Source: Candidatus Rifleibacteriota bacterium (GTDB taxonomy: Bacteria; Muiribacteriota; Ozemobacteria; Ozemobacterales; Ozemobacteraceae). Taken from it: a stretch of DNA of 64,000 nucleotides. How positions within the stretch are numbered: position 1 is the stretch's first letter; every line of letters starts with the position of its first letter. Positions 48,149 to 59,400 of this stretch are shown one piece after another. The notes beneath the pieces were generated by a model. That model searched no databases, was not told the origin of the DNA, and worked only from the letters and a program-made list of their open reading frames with translations. The translations under genes and the position numbers were made by a program. The stretch covers positions 128,826 to 192,825 of the forward strand of contig JAAYNI010000033.1 of the NCBI GenBank assembly GCA_012520995.1. The letters run 5' to 3'.

Positions 48149-49116
48149 ATAAAATAACTCATTTTTTTCGAGATATAGCACAGAAGCTGTTTGTGGAAAT
48201 CCTGAAGGTTATTGCTGCTTTTTTGCCAAAAACTTCTTATAAGAAGAAACGCAAGGCAGCTATTCTCTTTATCAGATTTCTGAAGCCTTTCAAATTTGCC
48301 AGATTCGATTATGTAAAAAAAGAAATAACTTTTTCCTTGCAACTCTCCGAAGAAAAGGCTTTGCAAATGACTGAAAAGGTCTATGTGCAACAGCTTTTGA
48401 ATGCTATGGAGATGATGCAGCTAGCTACTCTTTCTTTGGATGAACTGGCAAACAAAATTAAACCTGTTAACTTTCACTATCTTGAAGAGGCTTATAAGAA
48501 ATATGGTTCAGTGATACTGGTTTCTCTCCACTATGGCCTTTGGGAATATATTCCCCCTTGGATGGCTTACAAAGGCTATACAGTTAATTCATTTGCCAAA
48601 AGGATCGCCAATCCCTATATTAATAAATGGATTACTGAGTTGCGCACTAAGCATGGCAGCAAGATTATTGTTTCAAAGTATGCAATGAAAGAGGGCTACA
48701 GAGCCTTAAAAAAAGGCGAAATCTTGGGACTTGTTTCAGATCAAAGGGTCAGAGGTTCCACAGGAGTTTTCGTGAAATTCTTTGAGCGCTGGTGCCCAGC
48801 ACCTCTAGGTCCAGCTGCTATTTCTTTGAAAAGTAACATTCCTATAATTTTAGGGCTGACGCATCCTGAGCACGAAACAGGGCAGCATATTGTGGAATTT
48901 TATGAGCCAATATTGCCTGAAAACTATACAAAAGATACAATTGGGCAGTATGCAATTACACAGAAATACTGCGATTTTTTTGAAAAAGTAATACGTGAGC
49001 GCCCGGAAAACTGGTTTTGGTTCCATAAACGCTGGAAAATAAAACCGGAAGATTTTCCGGATAACGTTTGGGTAAAAGAACTGGGACTTTTAAACGTGGA
49101 GAAAAAAGATGGCTGA
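48145..49116 (+). CDS. lpxL: Lipid A late acyltransferase (LpxL/HtrB family)
   Basis: HYGLWE, SDQ, VKFF, PENWFWFHKRWK. Confidence 0.88.
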   Translation: MNKITHFFRDIAQKLFVEILKVIAAFLPKTSYKKKRKAAILFIRFLKPFKFARFDYVKKEITFSLQLSEEKALQMTEKVYVQQLLNAMEMMQLATLSLDELANKIKPVNFHYLEEAYKKYGSVILVSLHYGLWEYIPPWMAYKGYTVNSFAKRIANPYINKWITELRTKHGSKIIVSKYAMKEGYRALKKGEILGLVSDQRVRGSTGVFVKFFERWCPAPLGPAAISLKSNIPIILGLTHPEHETGQHIVEFYEPILPENYTKDTIGQYAITQKYCDFFEKVIRERPENWFWFHKRWKIKPEDFPDNVWVKELGLLNVEKKDG

Positions 49117-50377
49117 AAACTTGGCATTTAAGATTTATAAAACCATCCTTAGAGTAATTTTGGAAGTTTTTTCCTTTTTCCCTGAGCGAATTTCCGAACA
49201 TGAAGAAGTAATATTGCGAAAAGGTTTAGTTCCGGATGGTTTTCTCCCCCATCCGAAAGGTATGATATGGCTTCATGGAGCATCAGTAGGTGAAGTTCAG
49301 ACTTTGATGCCTTTTATAAGATTACTGAATGATAAGTATGGACGCGAAAGGCTTGTGACTACAGCTACAACAATAGATGGTCTTAAGTTGTTGCAAAAGT
49401 CCGAAACCTCGGCTTTTTCAAGTCTTTTACCATTCGATTTGCCTGAATATTACAATTTCTTTATAGAAAAAATAAAGCCGTCTCTTCTTCTTATCTCTGA
49501 AACAGAAATTTGGCCTATGTTGCTGCATTATGCCGCTAAAAAAAATATTCCAGCAGGCTTAATAAATGCGAGAATTAACACTAAATCAGTCAGGATGATG
49601 AGCATGTTTAAAGGTCTTTTTAGACCTGTTCTCAAGGAACTCTCATTTGTATTTCCGCAAAATAATAACTACTATAGACGTTTCAAGATACTTGGCGTGC
49701 CAGAAGAAAAAATGAAAATAATGGGGAGCTTCAAATATGATGCTATTTCGGATGATGCTTGTCCGGAAGCTTTTCGTGAGAAATATGCGATACCGCAAGA
49801 ACGTCCTATAATCTGTTTTGGCAGTACCCATCCTGGGGAAGAAGAAATTATAGCGGCAGCCCTTAAGGAAATTTTAAAATATCATCCAGAGTTGATTGCT
49901 ATTGTAGCTGTAAGACATTTACGAAGAATTCACGAAGCAGAAAAAACTTTTAGTGATTATCAAATACCTTATCAGAAAGCTTCAGAACGTAAAGAAATAA
50001 CAGAGCCTTTATTTCTCTTGGACACTATAGGTGAGCTTAAATCAGCTTATGCTACATCTTCTCTGGCTTTTGTCGGAGGAAGCTTGATAGAGCGAGGCGG
50101 GCATAATATTATGGAACCTGCTCTTTTTGCGAAACCTGTGGTTACTGGCCCTTCTCTGTTTAACTTTGCTTCGGAGAGGCGCACTTTGAGCAAAGATAAA
50201 GCTCTTTTTATAGTTCATGACGAACTGGAGTTGGCAGCATTAATTAAGGACTCTCTACAAAATCCTCAAGTCTACAAAGAAGCGGGAAAAAGAGGAGCGG
50301 CTGCATTGAAAAAAATGAGGGGAGCGTCCCTTGCTACTTTTGAAGAACTTGAAAATTGCGGGTATTTAGAGCTTTGA
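49109..50377 (+). CDS. waaA: Kdo transferase
   Basis: WLHGASVGE, PFD, ETEIWP, NARI, GSTHPGEE, DTIGEL, GGSL..GGHNIMEP. Confidence 0.93.
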   Translation: MAENLAFKIYKTILRVILEVFSFFPERISEHEEVILRKGLVPDGFLPHPKGMIWLHGASVGEVQTLMPFIRLLNDKYGRERLVTTATTIDGLKLLQKSETSAFSSLLPFDLPEYYNFFIEKIKPSLLLISETEIWPMLLHYAAKKNIPAGLINARINTKSVRMMSMFKGLFRPVLKELSFVFPQNNNYYRRFKILGVPEEKMKIMGSFKYDAISDDACPEAFREKYAIPQERPIICFGSTHPGEEEIIAAALKEILKYHPELIAIVAVRHLRRIHEAEKTFSDYQIPYQKASERKEITEPLFLLDTIGELKSAYATSSLAFVGGSLIERGGHNIMEPALFAKPVVTGPSLFNFASERRTLSKDKALFIVHDELELAALIKDSLQNPQVYKEAGKRGAAALKKMRGASLATFEELENCGYLEL

Positions 50378-51351
50378 GCGGCGAACATATAGTAATTAGG
50401 TTCAGCGCCATGGGAGATATACTTTTGACTCTCCCTGCTTTATTGGGTTTGCAGCAAAAACACGGGCAAAAACCCATATTAGTGACAGGCTCAAAATGGC
50501 AGGCTTTAAAACCATTTTTGCCTGCTAATGTTAAGATCTTGCAAAAGAAAACAGATCTGCTTTTTATGGCCAAAGAGCTAAAGCGAAATAAACCAAAATC
50601 TGTTTTCGAGTTGCAGGGCAAAATTATTTCATTAGCTCTTGCCTCTATGATAGCAGCGCCTCAGACTGAAATATATAAAAAGAGGAACTTAAAAGAGCAG
50701 TTTCAGGCTATTTCGAAGCGTTTTCCTATAAAGCTTTCAGACCCTCGGCCAGTCTGGAAAAAATATGCCGAGGTTTGCGGAGTAGAACCGCTGTGTCCTG
50801 AGAAGCTCTTGGTTTTTCCTGAAGATTACGAAGAGCAAACATATAAACTTCTTGAAAAGTGCCACTTAGAGCCTAATAAATATATCTTGATACATCCATT
50901 TGCTTCCAAGCCTGGCAAGGTTTTGCCAGATTCTTTGGTTGAAAGCTTAATCGAAAGATCTCCTCTTCCAGTAGTTATTATGGGAGTATCTGATTTAGAG
51001 CCGAAGATAAAAGCCGATTATTTAGATTTCAGAAACAGCTTTTCACTTAATGAGCTGCCAGGTATTATGATGAATGCGGCTGCTGTTATAAGCAGCGATT
51101 CTGGCCCTATGCACCTTGCAAGAGCAGTAGGTGTGCCTCTGGCTGCTGTCTTTTTGCAGACAGATCCGGCTTTGGGGTTTTCACCTGTTGAAAGTCCTAA
51201 TAATCTTGTGCTCTCTGAGCCTCTTCCTTGTAAACCCTGTTCTTTGCATGGCGGCAACAGTCTTTGTCCCCTTGGGCACTTTGATTGCAGAAAAGTCGAT
51301 GAAAAAGCCTATGCCGACAAAATATTTGAATTTCTGGATAAATTTCTGTGA
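50374..51351 (+). CDS. Glycosyltransferase family 9 (heptosyltransferase-like)
   Basis: IRFSAMGD, DSGPMHLA, CKPCSLHG; TTG start overlaps the waaA TGA. Confidence 0.88.
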   Translation: MSGEHIVIRFSAMGDILLTLPALLGLQQKHGQKPILVTGSKWQALKPFLPANVKILQKKTDLLFMAKELKRNKPKSVFELQGKIISLALASMIAAPQTEIYKKRNLKEQFQAISKRFPIKLSDPRPVWKKYAEVCGVEPLCPEKLLVFPEDYEEQTYKLLEKCHLEPNKYILIHPFASKPGKVLPDSLVESLIERSPLPVVIMGVSDLEPKIKADYLDFRNSFSLNELPGIMMNAAAVISSDSGPMHLARAVGVPLAAVFLQTDPALGFSPVESPNNLVLSEPLPCKPCSLHGGNSLCPLGHFDCRKVDEKAYADKIFEFLDKFL

Positions 51352-52358
51352 AAAAAATAGCTGTAATTGGTGTTAATTGGCTAGGTGACGTTGTTATGAC
51401 ATTGCCGGCATTGGAGATTTTGTGTTCCTGCTTTGATGTTGATGTGATAACTCGTCCGAACCTTGCGGAAGTCTATCGTTTGTCAGGTTTGCCTGTTAAT
51501 ATTAAACCTTTTGACAACAAGGGTGATCTTGAAAAAATTCTTTCTGGCATAAAAAGACTGCGAAAGACCTCGTATGAAGCTTGTGTTATTTTTCCGGATT
51601 CTTTGAGAGCAGGCGTAACGGGCAAGTTTCTTAAAAGCAAAAAAAATATAGCTTTTAATGTGCAGGGCAGGGGACTTTTTGACAAAAAACTTTTAAACAA
51701 ACCAGCGGATTTTAAAAAAATACATGAGTCTGAGTTATACAAAATGCTGGCAGCCGAGGCATGTGAAAATATGTCTTATATTAGGCTTCCTGAAAGAGAA
51801 CGGGCTTTTTCACCTGAATTTGAAGAATTTACAATAAAAAAATATTCTCTTGAAAGAAAACAATATGCGGTTTTAGCACCAGGAGCAGCTTTTGGAGCGG
51901 CAAAAAGATGGCCTGCCGAGTATTTTGCAGAGCTGGCTGGAAAAATTCTGGAAAATACCTCCTGTCTTCCTGTAATTACAGCAGGAAAAAGCGAGATTGA
52001 AATAGCAAGATCAGTTGTTTCCTGCTATGAAGACAAAGTTCTTAACTTAGCTGGAAAAACGAATCTTAAAGAGTTGGCGTGCATACTTAAAAATGCGGCA
52101 GTTCTCGTGGCTAATGATTCGGGCACAATGCACCTGGCTTCACTCTTTTCTGTGCCCACGATAGTGCCAGTCGGTCCTACGGATATGACTAGAACCTCGG
52201 CTTTGAATAGGAACTTTAAAGCTATAATAGCAGATAACTGTGAGTTGATTCCATGCAGAAAGCCTGTGTGCCCTAAAAACACAAATGCATGTATGAAATC
52301 TATTAGCCCTGCAGAGGTTTATGAAGTATTTTTGTCATTTTTGGCAAAAAATAAATAA
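51348..52358 (+). CDS. waaF: LPS heptosyltransferase II (GT9)
   Basis: NWLGDVVM, APGAAFGAAKRWP, NDSGTMHLA, GPT. Confidence 0.85.
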   Translation: MKKIAVIGVNWLGDVVMTLPALEILCSCFDVDVITRPNLAEVYRLSGLPVNIKPFDNKGDLEKILSGIKRLRKTSYEACVIFPDSLRAGVTGKFLKSKKNIAFNVQGRGLFDKKLLNKPADFKKIHESELYKMLAAEACENMSYIRLPERERAFSPEFEEFTIKKYSLERKQYAVLAPGAAFGAAKRWPAEYFAELAGKILENTSCLPVITAGKSEIEIARSVVSCYEDKVLNLAGKTNLKELACILKNAAVLVANDSGTMHLASLFSVPTIVPVGPTDMTRTSALNRNFKAIIADNCELIPCRKPVCPKNTNACMKSISPAEVYEVFLSFLAKNK

Positions 52359-52440
52359 ATGATGTAGATATTGTAGAAAAAAATGTATATTATGATTTGT
52401 GCACCGAATAGGGGCATCTAATTATTATCCGGATATAAAA

Positions 52441-53463
52441 ATGGTTCAAAAACGCTTCTTGATAGCGCGCACTGACAGGCTGGGCGACGCTCTTTTAACT
52501 TTGCCAGTGGCAAGAGAGTTGAAACGTGCTTTTCCAGACTCTTCTGTAACGGTTCTTTTGCGCCGTTATACTCAGCCATTGGCACAACTTTGCGAGTGTA
52601 TTGATGAAGTTTTGTGCGATGATGATTTTAAGCCCGGCTTTTTAAGCAAAAAGCTTACCGATGAGCTACGTAGAGGTTCTTATGATTGTGCTTTTATAGC
52701 TCATCCTGCACCTAGGGTTTTGCTAAGCTCTTATTTCGCTGGTATACCTAAGAGAGTAGGACGTGCGTCAAATGTGTTTCAATTTCTTCTTTCCGACAAG
52801 AGACATCAGAAGCGTTCTCAAAACAAACAACACGAATATATGTATAACCTTGATTTGCTAGAAGGCACGGTAGAGCAAATAGACAGAACTCCCATGAGGT
52901 TGAAGCTTACGCCTTCTTTGGAAGAATATGCTTTGAAAATGAGGAAAAGTCTTGGTTTTAACCCGGCAAATACAATTATTATTCATCCAGGGCACGGCGG
53001 ATCAGCTTTAAACCTGTCTCCAAGAGCTTATGCTGAGATAGCATCAGCTCTTAGCCCTGATATGACTGTGCTTGTCTCTGTTGGACCAGGCGAAACTTCT
53101 GTTAAAAGCAGTTTTGAGCCTAATAAAAATTTAATTTTTGCCGAAAATATACCTGATGCCGCACATTTGGCTGCGGTATTTTCTGATTGTTTGGCTTTTG
53201 TTGGAGGTTCTACAGGACCTATGCACTTGGCTGCGGCTCTTGGTATACCCTGTCATGTGTTTTTTCCTCCAGTGAAAGCTATGACACCTGTCCGATGGGG
53301 ACCGCAAAGTGAAAAAAGCAGAGTTTACATGCCAGAACTTGAAGCCTGCGATGGACTTTGTGATAAATGTCCTGATAATGGATGTATGGATACAATAGAT
53401 CTGAATAAAATAATACCGATTATTAAAGAGGAAGCAGGGAAGAGAGCTTCATCTTTAAGCTGA
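52441..53463 (+). CDS. Glycosyltransferase family 9
   Basis: RTDRLGDALL, HPGHGGSA, STGPMHLAAALG, RWGP. Confidence 0.88.
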   Translation: MVQKRFLIARTDRLGDALLTLPVARELKRAFPDSSVTVLLRRYTQPLAQLCECIDEVLCDDDFKPGFLSKKLTDELRRGSYDCAFIAHPAPRVLLSSYFAGIPKRVGRASNVFQFLLSDKRHQKRSQNKQHEYMYNLDLLEGTVEQIDRTPMRLKLTPSLEEYALKMRKSLGFNPANTIIIHPGHGGSALNLSPRAYAEIASALSPDMTVLVSVGPGETSVKSSFEPNKNLIFAENIPDAAHLAAVFSDCLAFVGGSTGPMHLAAALGIPCHVFFPPVKAMTPVRWGPQSEKSRVYMPELEACDGLCDKCPDNGCMDTIDLNKIIPIIKEEAGKRASSLS

Positions 53464-53496
53464 CTTGAAAGCGGGATATTGTAACGGGAGACGAAA

Positions 53497-56400
53497 ATGA
53501 GGAACGACAAACGAATTGCTGGAATAGGAATAAACTTCGGAAAGGCATTGCTATGCTTGCTGACGTTATTTTTAATAGTTTCAGTGTCAGCTGATGCGGC
53601 CATTTCAAGGCCGCAAGTAATTCTTTCTGCTGACCAAAACGGAGACGGGATTGCAGGGGTGGGGGACACAATTACCTTTACCTGCACTTCTGATGCAGAT
53701 CCAGTAGACGATGTGTATGTGACAGTAGCTGATGCTATAGGTTTTTCCAGACTGACTATGCAGGAAATGGGAAACAACCTGTATAGCGTAAACTATACTA
53801 TACGTCCCGGTAACATTAACAAACACGTTCTTTTTGCGTTTGTCGATCATTCCTCTTCCGTAAACGTTACTACCAGCTTTCTTGTTAACAGCATAATTCC
53901 CGCGTCTACCTATCAACCTGCCGTTTCGGGGTATACCGGTCCAGGCCGGACTTTCCGCTATGGCGATACCCTGACCGTTACTCACAATCTCACAACAGGT
54001 TATGACAGTTCAACTATAATGGAACTTGACCTGTCCCCCATCAATTTGGGGGTGGTTAGGATGGGAAAAAGCGGTTCATCTTTTACGACTGAGATACGCA
54101 TTCCGTCAGGTTTGAAGCTTTCTGATACCAGCTTGAGAGCTGTTGCGACAAATGCTAATGGCAACTCTCAAGAATGGTATTCACAGCCATTTGCGGTTGA
54201 TACTCAGCCGCCGGTTATTCTTAATGCCCGTGTTCAGAATACCACTCAAAATGGTAATACAGGCTGGGCTATAATCAATGATACTTTGCGTATTACTGCT
54301 TCTGTAGAGCGTTATGAGAATGACATTCTTCTGGTTGATTGTCCTCATTTGTTTTCAGGCGGACCTCGGCACATGGACTATGTGGGCTCTGATGCAGATA
54401 TTGGCAACTTTTCATTAGAGGTTGTTCTTGATGATGTTGCCTTGCAAGGCCGGACTCTTGCTTTTAATATTATGGCAAGAGATGAGGCAACCAACCGTGG
54501 TTATGCCTCTACAAATACAATAAGAGTGGATACTCTGCCTCCCAGCTTTTCTTCTTTGTCAGTAATCATAAGAAAACCTGACGGTTCTACAGGCAATACG
54601 GCTATTGTCGGAGATATAATTCGCATAGAAGGCTCTATGGCTACTGTTATGCCTGATATAACTCTTACTGTCGATTTTACAGAGCTGGGCGGTTCTTCGG
54701 CTCATATAATTCCTTTTACGGATGGAAGTGTTGCTCCAAATGTATCGGTAAGAACCTTCAGAACAGATTTTATGGTGACAAGAGGCGAACTTGAGAACAC
54801 AACGCCTCTTTCCTTCAACGTTACAGCTACAGATGTGGCGGGCAATACTATCCAGAGAGTAGCTATGCCCGCTGTATATGTAGACAACAAACCTCCAGTT
54901 ATTAGTTCTGCTACTTTTGCAAATATTACTAACCCCGGAGAGCCTGTAAAATTTGGCGATCAAATATCTGTATCAGCTACGGTTGCAGATATAGATGATG
55001 GAGAAGTTTACATAGATCTTAGATTTTTGGGCGGAGCTCAAAAGGCTCTTTTAAATAAGGTTGGTTCCAATCAGTTTATGCTCAACCATAGAGTGGGCAA
55101 ATCTATTGATCCTTTGGAGCCCAATTTTATTGACAGACCTTTAGCTTTTAATGTTATTGCAGTAGACGATGCGGGCAATAAACATGAAATGCAGACAAAC
55201 AGTTTACAAGTTGACTCAGAAGCTCCTGATATTCTTTCAGTTGAGTATGTGGTTCAACCTCCTTTGTCTGAAACCAGGAGATATATAAAGGCTGGCGATT
55301 ATCTTACTTTAAAAGTGAAATTGGCCAAATCCGAATCTTCTGTTTATGACGGTCAAACTGTCATTATGGATCTTACAGATCTGGGTGGTGAAGCAAATCA
55401 GGCTCTGAACTATATGGGCGGCTACTATACATTTTCTATGGTGGTGCGCCAAGGGCAGATAGACTTTGGTTCTACCTTCAGAGCAACTGCGACTGACAAT
55501 GACGGCAACACTGACAGCGGTTATATTCATCTTCCCTTGGATAACAAAGGACCTCTGACAGGTCCCTTGAGTGTCAGGTTTCTTGCAGACAGAACTACTC
55601 AAGGCGTTATAAATATAGGCGATGAAATAGAAATCACTATTCCAGTAGATGATGGCCATGACGAAGGTTATGCAACTATAGATCTTTCGCTTGTAGGGGG
55701 CGCAAGCGACCATGTTATTAATTATATGGATTATAATGATCCTAAGAAGAGCTACATTATCAGAATGGTTTGCTCTGAAGCAGCTACAGCTGACCCTGCG
55801 TATGTCTTCAGCGCTGTAGTTTATGATAAAGCAGGCAACAAGATGTCCAGCTTGTCTCAGCCCATAAAAGTGGATTGTCGAAAGCCCGTTGTGGACACCT
55901 TTGAAGCTATTCACATCAAGAGAGCGGGAAATCCTGGCGTGGTGAACGTAGGCGATGACTTGAAGTTTACCGCTGAAGTTGATGATAGCGCTGAAGAAGG
56001 TCTTATACCTACATTGAACCTTTTGAAGGTGGGCGGAAGTGCCAGACAAGAAATGGAAGATGCCGGAGACGGCACCTTCACTTATACTCACAGAGTTGTC
56101 GCGGGTGAAACAGATGGCGAAGATGTAAAGTTCAAGCTTACATTCAAAAATTCGGCCGGCAATATCGCTGACACGCCTAATATTTATTCCCGTTCTTTCT
56201 TTGTAGACAACTGTCCTATAAACATAACTGAAATTTCCTATGTGTTGCTGGAAGATACCAATGGCAATAACATAGTTGACTTGGACGGAAGCTACACAGA
56301 TGTTCCTGTTTCAGCTCCTGACAAAGTAAGCCTCTCAATGCGGCTTTCTGCCAGCGGGCAGCTTACAGCAGATTTGAGCAAATTCGGCTATGGCACTACA

Positions 56401-59400
56401 GCAACTCCTTTGAACATTATTGATGATGTCAGCGGAGAAACTTCAGAGCTTGTTTTTGAAGTTAAACAGGGCACAGTAAATGGCGAAGATGTGAAAATCA
56501 AATTGAGAGCCGTTGATGAAAACGGCAACGTTTCAGTATTTGAAACTCCCAACACGCTTCGTTTGGATAACCGTCCGCCTGAAGTCGGTGTACCTGAAAT
56601 AATAATTGAAACCGACAATGGAGTTATAGGGGAAGCTAATGCCGGAGATGTTTTGAAAATCCGCGCAGTTGTTAAAAATAATGATGGCCTTCCCCCGCTC
56701 TTGATATTCAATAAACTGGTTCAAGCGCATCCTCCCGGAGTTCAGCTGCCTTCTGATATCATTATGGCGGAAGTTCCCGCCAAACCGGATCTTTATGAGG
56801 CGGAATGGGTTGTTCCTACAGGTTTGAGTGCCAAAGCCCCTCTGACTGTATTGTCTACTGACAAATCAGGCAATACTGTTTATAGAGATTCTTTGCCCAT
56901 GAGGTTTCTCTCTAAGGATATTACTCCTCTAGGCGGAACTGTCTCTTTGTTCTATGACGCAAACGCCAACGGAATAATAAACCCTGGCGATCAGGTAAGA
57001 ATAACCTATTCATTGGAAGATGTTTATTCTATGCCCAACAATTCTCCCATAACCAATGTTTATGTTGACGTTTCTCCTTTGACAAGTCTTATGGGCGGAC
57101 CTGTTCCTGATCCGGAAAACCCTGATGCCTATTGGGCAAAGCTTAGATATGACTACAACAACACTGGTTCTCCTTATGTCTATGAAGAAATCTTTACGGC
57201 TTCGGAAACAATAACTCTGGACAGAGGTGCTGATACCGATTCTTGGATCTTTAAAGTCAGAATTATGCACCCTGATGGAACAAACAAAACTACCAAGAGA
57301 GATACAATCGAGTGTACTTTCCCGATAGATACGAAAGTTCCGAATATTATTCCTAACAGTTTGCAGATCAGAATTGTTGAGGACAATGATGATAATCCTG
57401 ATATAACTACTGCAAATATTAACGACATAATAGAAGTTCAGGCTGAAATCAAAAACTATCCTGACTCTGATACTACCGTGGCTACTTTGTTCATGGGCAC
57501 TGCCAATGAAGTAATGCATCGTATTCCTCTGACACAGATAACGGGCACCGAAATCTGGCAGGGGCAAACTACTATAGCTACTGGCACCAGGCTTATGGGG
57601 CAGCCTCTCTATGACGGCGATTGGCGCATCGCAAATGGCGACATAGCCAGAATGATTGTGCACGCAACAGACGATGCAGGCAACACTAAAGCTTCTCATG
57701 CAACTCCCTATAAACCTGAAAACGCAATCAAAATAGACAATAAGCCGCCTGTTTTCTCAAAAGTTCAGATTTTTTCTGGCGAAAACAACGATGAACCTTG
57801 GGTTGTCAATGTAGGCAACGGTTTGGCCACTGATACTTTGCAATTCGGCGTTACATTGGGTGAAATTGTCTATGCTGACCTTTATAACAATAGGGGCAAG
57901 GCTTGGGTTGATTTGGCGCAAATAGGCATAGATGAGCCCTATTATCTGAAGCCTGGAACATCGACAGGCATCGGAAACACTATTGTTTTCGGAACAGATC
58001 CTAATACTTATTTCCCCGCTGACTTTGCTCCATTTGTCATAAAAACTGAAATAGACTTGGCTACCTATACCTTCCCCATTTGGGTTCAAGATGAGGCAGG
58101 CAACAAAGACAAGAGGATTGACCACTCTCAGCGCATTGCTATAGACACTTCCTCGCCTAAGCTTGTCAGAGCTGAATATGATGGCATGATGTTGACTTTG
58201 AAGTTTAGCGAAATAGTCAGACAAGACACTTTCAATATTAACAATATAAGAATTGGTAAGCAGTATAATGTGACTGATTATTATATTAATAATGGGCAGG
58301 CAATCAAACTGAGCGATGACAGTTCTGATCCGGCTGTTTGCGATATAATCATGCCTCTCTCAGATTCAGACACATACAATATTCTGATTTGTCCTGTAAA
58401 CAGAGGCAAAATAGCTGATTGGGGTAATACATCTCTTTATGTTTCAATAGCTTCTCAAGACACTGATCCCGGACACAACCGCTATGATGTAAATGGATAT
58501 CTTGGCAAAGATGAGGCTGGCAACTGGCTGCAGCCTGTTATGAGAAATGAACCTGCAGACGTTGTTGTAACTGAGGAATATATCGTAAGACCTAATCTTG
58601 TAAATGCCTATTATAATGCTGCAGGAACGATTGAAGACCAATCATATCTTTATCTTGAATTTGACAGAGAAATGGATCTCACCAGTATTACTCCTGCTTC
58701 AATTAACAGGTTGGCTATTTGGAGAGACCCTGCATTTACTGCAGAAAACTGGAATATACGTTACCGAATGCGTTCAGGTTTTGATACCTTTGATATGAGT
58801 GACGCTTATAACTCAACCAATGGTTTAAAACGCCTTAGAATCAGACTTTCTCAAGAAGCTCAAGACTGGCTGGCGCTTGTTTATGGCAAAAATTCAGAGA
58901 AGTTGCATGTTCAGATAGACGGCTATCTCTTTGAACCTCAGCCGTATCCAGCTTCACAGCCTCCGTTGGCTCGAGATATTTACGGTAACAGAGTTAATCC
59001 TATACGTCCTAAAGATGCTCTCGAAGGCAGGATATATCCTCTTACGACAAAGTTCGCTGTCAGTGCAGGTATTACACTTGACTTGACAGGCGACAAGCCT
59101 ATGCTGGTAATACCTTTTGAAAACAGGCGTGTAAAGCTTTTCCAAGATACTTATACGGCAAGTTCGCTGAATATTCCAAAGAATACTCCTGTTGACTTGT
59201 CGAAGGTTTACATCTGGTCTTCATCAGGAACTTCTTCGGCTCAATATATAGGTCTTGGAGCCAAAGGCACTTCGCCTGCTATGGTAGATTGGGATTCCTT
59301 GACTTACGGTTTCAGCAATATAAACTCTTTCGCATCTCCGGTTGTGAATATTGCTTTGACAGAAGAAGCTTTGAACACAATGCTTAGCTGGGGAACTTCC

